From an uncultured Bdellovibrionales bacterium (GTDB lineage: Bacteria > Patescibacteriota > Minisyncoccia > Moranbacterales > JAKLHP01): 58,025 nt of DNA. This document shows, piece after piece, positions 9,915 through 17,531 of this stretch (within the stretch, counting starts at the first letter, position 1; the number at the start of each line of letters is the position of its first letter). The stretch is from positions 1-58,025 of the forward strand of contig CAYTRS010000001.1 in the NCBI GenBank assembly GCA_964440305.1, in the 5' to 3' direction. Both the position numbers and the translations under genes were made by a program. Below the pieces are notes generated by a model. That model searched no databases. It had not been told where the DNA came from and worked only from the letters and a program-made list of their open reading frames with translations.

Positions 9915-10768
9915 ATTCTTAATTCCTTGTAGGCCCTTCTTACCTCTTGAGACGAAGGACTGAGATTAAAAATAGCGTCAATGAAATTTTTTATTCTCCG
10001 CAATATGAGGTAAAAGCTGATCCAAAGCTTTTTTGCTCCTTGGAAATTTTTTTTGAAAAATATAACGCCTGAAATGACAAGCCAATATGTCTTAAGCGGA
10101 TTATTCTGCTCGCTTTTTTCAAAATGTCTGATTTTTGTCTCCGGAAAAATATACGATTTAAAACCCTGCTTTCTCGCTCTTACGCAAAAATCCGCGTCTT
10201 CGTAATAAAGGAAAAATTTTTCATCCAGTAGCCCGATTTTCTGGAAAACCTCCTTTTTTATCAGCATAGCGCACCCGCAAACATAATCAGTTTCAAGGGA
10301 TTCTTTTTTTGGGGGAAGTTCAGTAAGATGAGTATTTTTCATTCGAAGCCAGTCTATTTTTCCTCCCGCAAACCAGATTTTTTCCGAATCGCCTTTGATT
10401 ATCAGCGGTCCTATTATCCCGCAACCCTTTTTTCTTTCTGCTTCTTTTGCCAAAATTGAAAGAGTGCTTTTTTCCAACGAGGCGTCATTGTTGAGAAGCA
10501 TCACATAATCCGCCATTTTTTCAAGGGCAAATCTTATTCCGATATTGTTTCCGGCGGAAAATCCGAAATTATCGTTGTTTTTAATGAAATAAGCCCGGGA
10601 AAATAATGTTTTTGCCAGTTCAAAAGATCCGTCAGTTGAATTGTTGTCAACCAATACGAGCTCGCGGTTCGGATAGTCAGAAGCAAAAAACGAACTCAGG
10701 CAGGATTTGATCGTTTCTTTGCCGTTGTAATTCAGAATAACAACAAAAATCTTGGGAAAATTGTTCAT
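9884..10768 (-). CDS. Glycosyltransferase family 2
   Basis: VVILNYNG...VDNNSTDGS...LLNNDA...GCAMLIKKEVFQKIGLLDEKFFLYYEDADFCVRA. Confidence 0.8.
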   Translation of the reverse strand: MNNFPKIFVVILNYNGKETIKSCLSSFFASDYPNRELVLVDNNSTDGSFELAKTLFSRAYFIKNNDNFGFSAGNNIGIRFALEKMADYVMLLNNDASLEKSTLSILAKEAERKKGCGIIGPLIIKGDSEKIWFAGGKIDWLRMKNTHLTELPPKKESLETDYVCGCAMLIKKEVFQKIGLLDEKFFLYYEDADFCVRARKQGFKSYIFPETKIRHFEKSEQNNPLKTYWLVISGVIFFKKNFQGAKKLWISFYLILRRIKNFIDAIFNLSPSSQEVRRAYKELRIWEKKNSCLS

Positions 10769-10775
10769 TGAGTCA

Positions 10776-12239
10776 TCAATTTATTATTTCTCCGGGAAAA
10801 GCCTTTTCCATTTCAGCTCCAGCCTCTTCTTTTTTGAAAATACTCCGAAGTTCTTTTCTGGAGACAGCCTTAGTGGCGACTAGGAAAAAAAGATAGATTA
10901 CGGCGCTCGAAAAAGCGCGAACGAAAAAATTGAGATCTGGGAAGAAAAACAAGAAAGAGGCCATTGCCATTCCGGAAAGAATGATGCATCCTGTTTTTTC
11001 TAAGGCGGGTTTATATTTCAGATATCTGGCACAAAGATAAGCAGTAAAAGCAACAACCAGCAATTCAGTTATGACCGAAGTTATCGCCGCTCCAATGTAG
11101 GAATAAATCGGAATCAGAAAAATATTAAGGCAGATGTTGATTGCCGCGCAGATGGCAAGGGAAACCATGAGCTTTTTTTGAAGATTTCCGGCCAGAAGAA
11201 TGTTATTGTAAAAATTTCCCAGAAATATGAAAGCCAGCGCAAAAACGAGGATTTGAAGGACTCGAGCAGAAGCAGAAAATTCCGCCCCTCCGATTACATT
11301 GATGATTCCATCCGCCAAGAAAAGCGATCCGATTAAAACCGGAACGATAAGGATCAGAAAAACCTTGAATGTCTTGTCGGAAATATAGCGGAATCTTTCC
11401 TTGTCCGTGAAAATAGAGTGGGAGATTAGAGGAAGCACAAGGCCCATTATCATGCCGGGGAAGAAGGTGATGTTTTCAATGACTTTGTAGGCAGCGTTAT
11501 ATATTCCCACATCGGAACTTTCCCTCATCACAGAAAGAAGAATCGTATCCGCTTTGAAATAGGCGAAAGTTATGATGGTAGAAATTCCCATCGGAAGCGA
11601 CTGCTGGAGAAATTTTTTCCAGTAGGAAAAATTTATCCTTATTTTGAATTTTATATATTTCTTGCTCCAGACAAAAACTACAACGAAATTAAACACCATG
11701 TAAAAAAGAAGTGAAGAAATGATTGCCGAGAATCCCCAGTCATTTTTAACCGCGAGAATAATGATAAGAAGCTGAAGGATTTTTCCGGCAAGCTCTGCGG
11801 TTGCAACCTTGTCCATCGCCAAATTCTTCTGGAAAACTCCATTGAGGACCATGTAAGAAGAAGAAAAGAAAAAAGCCGCCCCGGCAATGATTATTCCCGT
11901 TTTCAGGTTCTGGGAATAGGGAAGTAGCCATATGATAAGCGGAGAAACGGCAAGCACAAAAAAAGAGATAATCATCCGTAAAGAAAAGACGTTTCCCATA
12001 ATCTCTTCTTCGTTGGCATTCGGGCGGGAAATTTCGCGGGTGGCGACAGAATAAAGCCCCAAGTCTGCCAAAGCCGCAAAAAAAGAAAAAAACGCAAGCA
12101 CGGTTGCATATTCTCCGAAACCTCCCTTTCCCAAATAGCGGGTAATGAAGCCGATTGAAACAAGAGCCAAGACCGTGGAAATTACTTTCGCGCTTGCATT
12201 AAAAAAGACATTGTAAGCTATTTTTTTGGCAAGAGCCAT
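10776..12239 (-). CDS. Oligosaccharide flippase (Wzx/MOP superfamily)
   Basis: 487 aa with about 12-14 TM segments. The N-terminus NVFFNASAKVISTVLALVSIGFITRYLGKGGFGEY is typical of polysaccharide-biosynthesis (PST) flippases. Confidence 0.75.
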   Translation of the reverse strand: MALAKKIAYNVFFNASAKVISTVLALVSIGFITRYLGKGGFGEYATVLAFFSFFAALADLGLYSVATREISRPNANEEEIMGNVFSLRMIISFFVLAVSPLIIWLLPYSQNLKTGIIIAGAAFFFSSSYMVLNGVFQKNLAMDKVATAELAGKILQLLIIILAVKNDWGFSAIISSLLFYMVFNFVVVFVWSKKYIKFKIRINFSYWKKFLQQSLPMGISTIITFAYFKADTILLSVMRESSDVGIYNAAYKVIENITFFPGMIMGLVLPLISHSIFTDKERFRYISDKTFKVFLILIVPVLIGSLFLADGIINVIGGAEFSASARVLQILVFALAFIFLGNFYNNILLAGNLQKKLMVSLAICAAINICLNIFLIPIYSYIGAAITSVITELLVVAFTAYLCARYLKYKPALEKTGCIILSGMAMASFLFFFPDLNFFVRAFSSAVIYLFFLVATKAVSRKELRSIFKKEEAGAEMEKAFPGEIIN

Positions 12240-12245
12240 AATAAT

Positions 12246-12336
12246 AAAAGTTAAAAGTGCAAAGTTAAAAGTGAAAAATGTAGGTGTCCAAGGCGGACTT
12301 ACATTGATATATTCCTGTTATTCGCATCACTACATT
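12246..12336 (+). repeat. Composite intergenic element, copy A (A/T-word array + GGTGTCCAAGGCGGACTTACA core + degenerate CATTCG tail)
   Basis: aaaagttaaaagtgcaaagttaaaagtgaaaaatgtaGGTGTCCAAGGCGGACTTACAttgatatattcctgttattcgcatcactaca. Core at 12283-12303. Lies between the flippase start and the jag stop. Confidence 0.8.
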
Positions 12337-12812
12337 TTCATTGAAGAAGGCTTGATGACGACCTTCCTGTTTTCTTCCTCTCCCATGCTTTCGGTAACCA
12401 CTTTTTCGTTTTTGGAAAGTTCGATGTGGATCAGCCTTCTTTCATAGGCCGACATCGGGCGCAGAACTATCGTCCGGCCTTCGCTGATTGCTTCCTCGGC
12501 GGCGCTTCTTGCCATTTCAAGGAGAGACTCGTTTTTCTGCTGGCGATATGAATTTACGTCTATGGTGAATTTTAATTTTTCATCCGAAATCTTTTTTCTG
12601 GCAATAAGGCGCAGAATATGCTGAATCGGCTGAAGGTTGGCGCCGTATTGGCCGATGAGCAGATTGGAATCATCCCTTACCTTAATATTCACAATAAGAC
12701 ATTCCTCTTCTTCCTGGTCCGTTTTTATTGATTCTATTTCCGCGTCAAATCCCATTTTCAGGATAAAATCCTTAGTCAGTTCTTTTATCATTTCAATGTT
12801 TTTCTCTTCCAT
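12330..12812 (-). CDS. Jag/KhpB-like RNA-binding protein (KH + R3H domains)
   Basis: C-terminal R3H motif LRPMSAYERRLIHIELS, and the conserved position downstream of yidC. Confidence 0.8.
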   Translation of the reverse strand: MEEKNIEMIKELTKDFILKMGFDAEIESIKTDQEEEECLIVNIKVRDDSNLLIGQYGANLQPIQHILRLIARKKISDEKLKFTIDVNSYRQQKNESLLEMARSAAEEAISEGRTIVLRPMSAYERRLIHIELSKNEKVVTESMGEEENRKVVIKPSSMKM

Positions 12813-12829
12813 TTTGTTATATTAAATGC

Positions 12830-13570
12830 TTAATTATTTTCTTTTCTTCCGATGTATATCTGCTGAATAAGCGAAAACAGAGTGGAAACCAGCCAGTAAA
12901 GCGCCAGTCCTGCGGCAAATTTGAATCCGATAAACAAGGTTAAAACGGGACCGACATAAAGCATCTGCTTGTTCATCATTTGCGCCAAATCCGGCTCTCC
13001 TGGCTTCTCTTCTTTTTTTGGCTTTGCTTCTGCAAGATTCTTTTTTTTGTCCATCAGTGATTTGGTCTGGAAAAACTGGGCGGCGGCGGCAAGAATCGCC
13101 AAGACATAGCTGGGTTTTGCCAAATCCACCATTCCCAAAAACATAGGATTGACGCCTCCCGGATCCTTCACAAAAGAATAAAGATCGCCATTGGAAACCA
13201 CCAGCCCGGCCTCCGAAATATTGAAAAGAATGCGATAAATCGCAATGAGGAATATCAATTGGACAATCATCGGAAGACAGCCGGAAAAGGGATTGACCTT
13301 GTTATTTTTGTAGAAATTCATTATTTCTTTCGTCTGCTTTTCCTTGTCATTCTTGTATTTATTTTGAATTTCCTTTATTTTCGGCTGGATTTCCTGGAGC
13401 CTTTTTTGAGATTCAATCTGTTTTTTGGAAATCGGAATCAGGGCGCTTTTAATGATCAAAGTGATAACGACGATGGCAACGCCGAAATCGCCTCCGGGCA
13501 GGAAGTTGTATAGGAGTATCAATATATTATAAAGAGGCTGATAGACTATATTATCGAAAATTTCAATCAT
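12830..13570 (-). CDS. yidC: Membrane protein insertase YidC (short, monoderm type)
   Basis: QPKIKEIQNKYKNDKEKQTKEIMNFYKNNKVNPFSGCLPMIVQLIFLIAIY is the hallmark YidC/Oxa1 segment. Synteny with rnpA. Confidence 0.85.
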   Translation of the reverse strand: MIEIFDNIVYQPLYNILILLYNFLPGGDFGVAIVVITLIIKSALIPISKKQIESQKRLQEIQPKIKEIQNKYKNDKEKQTKEIMNFYKNNKVNPFSGCLPMIVQLIFLIAIYRILFNISEAGLVVSNGDLYSFVKDPGGVNPMFLGMVDLAKPSYVLAILAAAAQFFQTKSLMDKKKNLAEAKPKKEEKPGEPDLAQMMNKQMLYVGPVLTLFIGFKFAAGLALYWLVSTLFSLIQQIYIGRKENN

Positions 13571-13577
13571 TTTTTTG

Positions 13578-13913
13578 TTAAGTTAAGTTACTTTTCCTGA
13601 AAAGCTTTTCCATCTTATTCCTGATTTCATCAGATTCAATCTTTCCCTTTTTCCGGCAGAAAACAGCCACATCAAATCCTTTCCTTATCTTATTTAAATT
13701 CAAACGGACTGTTTCCCTCAAAATTCTTTTTGTCCTGTTCCGTTCCGTGGCGAGCTTGAAATATTTTTTCTCAATCGGAAATCCGAAGCGGGATTCGGAA
13801 AGATTATTTTTCACCAGCTTGAGCGAGACCTCCCCTTCAGAAAAAAACAAGCCCTGGCGGTAAACTTTGGCAAAATCTTCTTTTTTGGTAAGCCTGTTTT
13901 TTTGGGGCAACAT
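13578..13913 (-). CDS. rnpA: Ribonuclease P protein component
   Basis: 111 aa, basic. LTKKEDFAKVYRQG...RFGFPIEKKYFKLATERNRTKRILRE (RNR motif). Follows rpmH. Confidence 0.85.
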   Translation of the reverse strand: MLPQKNRLTKKEDFAKVYRQGLFFSEGEVSLKLVKNNLSESRFGFPIEKKYFKLATERNRTKRILRETVRLNLNKIRKGFDVAVFCRKKGKIESDEIRNKMEKLFRKSNLT

Positions 13914-13917
13914 GGCA

Positions 13918-13985
13918 GTAAGTTAAAAGTTCAAAGTTAAAAGTGAAAAGTTATGGTGTCCGAGGCGGAATTATATACATAATTT
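13918..13985 (+). repeat. Composite intergenic element, copy B (truncated: word array + core only)
   Basis: gtaagttaaaagttcaaagttaaaagtgaaaagttatGGTGTCCGAGGCGGAATTATatacat. Lies between the rnpA start and the rpmH stop. Confidence 0.75.
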
Positions 13986-14029
13986 TCCTTAGTAGTTTTT
14001 CTCTTTTAGCTTTAAGTTTTACGCTTTTA

Positions 14030-14164
14030 TTATGCCGACAGCTTCTTTCTTCCTTTTCTTCTCCGCGAGGCGATAACCTTCTTTCCGCCCTTGGTGCTCA
14101 TTCTTTTTTTGAATCCGTGCCTTCTTTTGCGTTTTATTTTCTTCGGCTGATATGTTCTTTTCAT
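14030..14164 (-). CDS. rpmH: 50S ribosomal protein L34
   Basis: Not in the ORF track (44 aa). The reverse complement translates to [44 protein letters not shown], a near-consensus L34. Confidence 0.9.
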   Translation of the reverse strand: MKRTYQPKKIKRKRRHGFKKRMSTKGGKKVIASRRRKGRKKLSA

Positions 14165-14280
14165 TTTATCCTGCTAAATAAGATTTGAGACGCTTCTTTT
14201 ACGTCCAAACCTATCAAAATTAGTTGTTAATCTAGTTAAAAGTCTAACAGCAATGAAAGAAAAGGTCAACTTTTAGTGGA

Positions 14281-14390
14281 AATTATTCTAATTAGTCTAA
14301 TTGACCTAATTAATCTAAAGTATTGGTAATTAGCTATTGAGATTTTTTTAGAATAACTAGAGTAATTAAGAATAATTAGGTTAATTTACA
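14281..14390. repeat. TAATT-word array in the AT-rich rpmH-proximal spacer
   Basis: At least 7 copies of (C/G)TAATT(A/G) within 110 bp: tctaattag, tctaattga, cctaattaa, ggtaattag, gtaattaag, ataattagg, ttaatttac. Confidence 0.6.
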
Positions 14391-14463
14391 AGTAGTTTTT
14401 CCCTTATTTCTGCCGTTTTTGGAACAGTTTCCTTTATTTAAGCCAAAAAGAGACATTTTCAGG

Positions 14464-14492
14464 TTGACAAAACTGAAATTTTTTGCTAGAAT
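14464..14492 (+). promoter_or_regulatory. Near-consensus sigma70-type promoter (TTGACA-17-TGcTAGAAT)
   Basis: TTGACA at 14464-14469, a 17-nt spacer, and an extended -10 tgcTAGAAT at 14487-14492, about 80 nt upstream of the 14574 ORF. Confidence 0.6.
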
Positions 14493-14573
14493 GCAGTGTT
14501 CAGAAAGGATAGAAAGGAGCTGGGTGATTGGCTCTTTGAAAAATTATAAATTCTTTTAGGAAAGGAGTATGAA

Positions 14574-15275
14574 ATGGGCGTAAAAAGTTTCGTAATGGGA
14601 TTTGCTGGGGATATGGGCAAGGAGATTTTAGGAGAACTTTTTGGAGCCAATCTCCTCAAGAACATGATGGCAAAAGTCATGAAGGGGAAAAGTACAATAG
14701 GAGTAAAAGTTAATGAAGCGAAAGAATTACTTCCTGAGATGAAGCAATCGGACCTAGTTCACATGTCCGATGAGATTGCTTTTTTTAATCTAATTGGGAA
14801 GATGGAGCAGAATCCAGAACTAAAGGGTTCCGCGCTTAACACATCGGTTTTTATAAACAATTACCTGAAGGAAGCTTGGCAAAAACAAAACTTCAGGGTT
14901 GTAATGGGAGCCCTTGCTGGAATTGAATATGATGTTCATGGAGGAGAGACTCAAAGGGAGAAAATACCTCGTAAGGGGAAGTCTCCGATTGAAAGGGAAA
15001 AAATTACTCCTCCCAAAAAAGTAAATCTGGGCGTGCAGGTTATGAAGAGCTTTGCGGCTCTAAACTCAGATGAAGAAAGATTGGAGGTGTGCAAAGCTTC
15101 GGGAATTATGGAGCCTACGATAGGTATTAAAATCCGGGAAATCTTAAAGGAACACCCGGAGGTAGCAACAGAGGCGGTAAAGAAAATCAGAAGGGAAATC
15201 CAGAAAAAACCTTACAAAGGTTTTTGGAGAGAACTTCTAAGGTTGCCTGCCAAGAAAAATCAAACTAATGATTAG
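14574..15275 (+). CDS. Hypothetical soluble protein (233 aa), no recognisable family
   Basis: Long ORF with a strong SD (aaGGAGtatgaaATG). No TM segments and no motif I recognise. Its stop overlaps the SD of the next gene (gatTAGGAGGtcaaaATG). Confidence 0.6.
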   Translation: MGVKSFVMGFAGDMGKEILGELFGANLLKNMMAKVMKGKSTIGVKVNEAKELLPEMKQSDLVHMSDEIAFFNLIGKMEQNPELKGSALNTSVFINNYLKEAWQKQNFRVVMGALAGIEYDVHGGETQREKIPRKGKSPIEREKITPPKKVNLGVQVMKSFAALNSDEERLEVCKASGIMEPTIGIKIREILKEHPEVATEAVKKIRREIQKKPYKGFWRELLRLPAKKNQTND

Positions 15276-15284
15276 GAGGTCAAA

Positions 15285-16421
15285 ATGGATAATTTTCTAA
15301 ATTTGATTCTGGAAACGCTTGGATTGGCAGATGACTCTTTGGATGAAGCGCGTAGTTTTCATGCTAGAGTTATTGCAACTCTGATAATATTAGTAGGTAT
15401 CCTTGTGCTAATTGGATACTGTTTTCACCGGATAGGGTTCGGAAGTATAAACATTATAATCGGGCTTCTGTTGGATTTTGCTGCATTAATAGCTTTCCTC
15501 AGGCCGGAGCCTTTGCTTATCTTCTTGGGACTAGGAACTTTCCTAGGAATAATGAAGACTCCCGAAACAATAAGCCAAGAAACAAGAGATGTTTTTTCTT
15601 GGTATGCTAATGCGTGCGGAAATTTCCTGTTGATTTCGTCCATAATCTTCATGTTTTTGGGAACATGGCCGTGGGTAATAGGATTTGGGAATTTTCTTGT
15701 AATATGCTTAAGTCTTTTAACTCTTGTGTTGATGTCCACGTTGTGGAAAAAAAGCGGAAGGTTTGGGAAAACCTTTGCATATGCGTATACCATTTTAATT
15801 TTGGTTGTATTCGTGTTCTGGACATCAGCTCCAGATGCGGCGAAGGCAAAAATTTTCGGTCCTGATTTTCCGAGAGAATTTGTTTCTGAAGAGGAAATAG
15901 TTCTTGAGGAGATTAATGGGGAAAAAAGAGAGCTTGAAAAAAGAAAGACTGTCGAACAACTTGAAAAAATAAAGCATAAAGTTCAAGACGGTCAAAAGCT
16001 TTCAAGGGAAGAGGAAATTTTTCTTAAGAAAGCTCAGGAAAAGCAGGATAAGGAAACAATTCCGGCAAAGATTTCTTCCTTGATTCCAAAGTCAGGGGAG
16101 TCAAAAAATGAAGCTCCTTTACATTCAGAAAAAGAAATTATTATTTCTCAAAATTCTCGAGTCGGAACGTTAGAAATTGAGAATTTGGGTAAAATTAAGG
16201 TTTGGACAGAATTTCGGGGTGACGAGCTATTTATGAAAAGCATAGAACGTTCTGTATTTTTCTCTGCTAATCGTGAAAAAAGTGGATGCTTTTATGGAAA
16301 TTGGAAGGAAGAAGGTAGGGAAGGAGGCCTTTTTCATCTTCAGGGAGATCCTGAGGGAAAGGAAATGAAAGGAGGAATAAGAACCTCCAAGGGATATGTT
16401 TCTCTGAAACTAATTTTTTGA
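15285..16421 (+). CDS. Hypothetical membrane protein (378 aa): about 6 TM N-domain, charged coiled-coil linker, beta-rich C-domain
   Basis: TM segments within residues ~30-190, an EEEIVLEEINGEKRELEKRKTVEQLEKIKHK linker, and a C-terminal ~100-aa domain. Strong AGGAGG SD. Confidence 0.6.
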   Translation: MDNFLNLILETLGLADDSLDEARSFHARVIATLIILVGILVLIGYCFHRIGFGSINIIIGLLLDFAALIAFLRPEPLLIFLGLGTFLGIMKTPETISQETRDVFSWYANACGNFLLISSIIFMFLGTWPWVIGFGNFLVICLSLLTLVLMSTLWKKSGRFGKTFAYAYTILILVVFVFWTSAPDAAKAKIFGPDFPREFVSEEEIVLEEINGEKRELEKRKTVEQLEKIKHKVQDGQKLSREEEIFLKKAQEKQDKETIPAKISSLIPKSGESKNEAPLHSEKEIIISQNSRVGTLEIENLGKIKVWTEFRGDELFMKSIERSVFFSANREKSGCFYGNWKEEGREGGLFHLQGDPEGKEMKGGIRTSKGYVSLKLIF

Positions 16422-16436
16422 GAAAGGAGGAAAAGT

Positions 16437-16472
16437 AAGCCGGTTTAGTGAAAATTCACTAAGCCGGTTTTT
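16437..16472 (+). terminator. Rho-independent terminator of the 14574-16421 operon
   Basis: aagccggtttagtgaa/ttcactaagccggttt forms a ~16-bp stem (two G.U pairs) followed by a T-run. Confidence 0.6.
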
Positions 16473-16543
16473 CATACTTGCGTAATTCAACATCATTATT
16501 CATAATTCATATACAGAGACTTTGGCATTAGAAGAAATTAACA

Positions 16544-16630
16544 GGAAGAGTGGCCGAGTGGTTGAAGGCGCGGCTCTCGAAAAGCCGTAAGGCAGAAATG
16601 TCTTCGGGGGTTCAAATCCCTCCTCTTCCG
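16544..16630 (+). tRNA. tRNA-Ser (anticodon CGA)
   Basis: Acceptor GGAAGAG/CTCTTCC, anticodon stem CGGCT/AGCCG with loop CU-CGA-AA, a long variable arm (aaggcaGAAAtgtctt), T-loop GGGGGTTCAAATCCCTC, discriminator G. CCA is not encoded. Confidence 0.85.
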
Positions 16631-16794
16631 CAATTAAAATTTAGCATGTTCGAATCTTTACCCCATTGAATGACGGGGTTTCTGCCTCCGCCGATTTATT
16701 AGTAGATACTTTTAATTTAAATTCAATTGAATTATTAATTGATTGATTTTGTCATTTTTTGTTTTTGGTGTAAAATTATATAAACGACGCTAAT

Positions 16795-16881
16795 CCGCGA
16801 ATGTATGCGAATGACACGAATGGTATTTGATTTTAAATATTTGTGGCATTCATGTGTAATTCGTAGTTTCGTATCGCTATT
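16795..16881 (+). repeat. CATTCG-word hairpin module (copy E) abutting a start codon
   Basis: cgcgaatgtatgcgaatgacacgaatg ... cattcatgtgtaattcgtagtttcgtatcgctatt|ATG. Inverted CGAATG/CATTCG arms. Ends in the shared TCGCTAT(T) box immediately 5' of ATG 16882. Confidence 0.7.
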
Positions 16882-17421
16882 ATGAATTTAAACGCTAAAT
16901 TTTTGGATCCGGAATCTGTTTTGAAAGAGGTGGAAATAAAGTCGGGAATCTCGGTTGCCGATTTTGGTTGCGGTTCGGGATATTTTTCTTTGGCTCTGGC
17001 GCAAAAAGTCGGGCAAGACGGAAAAGTATTTGCTTTGGATGTTCTGCCGCAATCTTTGGAATCAGTGGAAAGCCGGGCGAAAATTCAAGGAACTACCAAT
17101 ATCATCACCAAAAGGGTGAATCTGGAAAATGAGGAGGGTTCCGATCTTCCCAGAGAGAGTTTGGATTTGGTGATAATAAAAGACGTTCTGTTTCAAAATG
17201 GGAACAAGAAGGCGATTTTAAAAGAAGCTTTTCGGGTTTTGAAGCCGGGAGGCCAGGCAGTGATTGTGGAATGGAATGACGGAGAATATTCCATCGGTCC
17301 GGACAAAAAACTCCGAATTTCAATGGAAGATCTTAAAAAAGAAGTTCAGGAGCAGAATTTTTTGATTGAAAAGACTTTTTCTGCCGGAGATTTCCACTAT
17401 GGAATCGTAGCGGGAAAATAA
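16882..17421 (+). CDS. Class I SAM-dependent methyltransferase
   Basis: Motif I VADFGCGSGYFS, post-I FALDV, and a Methyltransf_11-like layout. Confidence 0.75.
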   Translation: MNLNAKFLDPESVLKEVEIKSGISVADFGCGSGYFSLALAQKVGQDGKVFALDVLPQSLESVESRAKIQGTTNIITKRVNLENEEGSDLPRESLDLVIIKDVLFQNGNKKAILKEAFRVLKPGGQAVIVEWNDGEYSIGPDKKLRISMEDLKKEVQEQNFLIEKTFSAGDFHYGIVAGK

Positions 17422-17531
17422 AAAAGTTAAAAATTAAAAGTAAAAAGTTTAAAGTTTAGGTATCCGAGGCGGACTTACATTCATACATTCTGGTCATTCG
17501 CATGTAAATTCGTGTCATTCGGGTCGCTACC
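17422..17531 (+). repeat. Composite intergenic element, copy C (full length)
   Basis: aaaaagttaaaaattaaaagtaaaaagtttaaagtttaGGTATCCGAGGCGGACTTACAttcatacattctggtcattcgcatgtaaattcgtgtcattcgggtcgctacc|ATG. Core at 17459-17479. Confidence 0.8.

Noticed and set aside
12226-12447. Plus-strand ORFs 12226-12447 (73 aa) and 13943-14188 (81 aa).
   Set aside because: They start inside copies A and B of the intergenic repeat and run antisense through jag and rpmH. The repeat copies are read in different frames in each case, so they are not coding.
14574-16630. The orphan operon next to tRNA-Ser as an integrated prophage or genomic island.
   Set aside because: No integrase or recombinase is present, and I could find no direct repeat of the tRNA 3' end. 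The insert is only ~2 kb. I kept it as a 'possibly acquired operon' but not as a mobile element.
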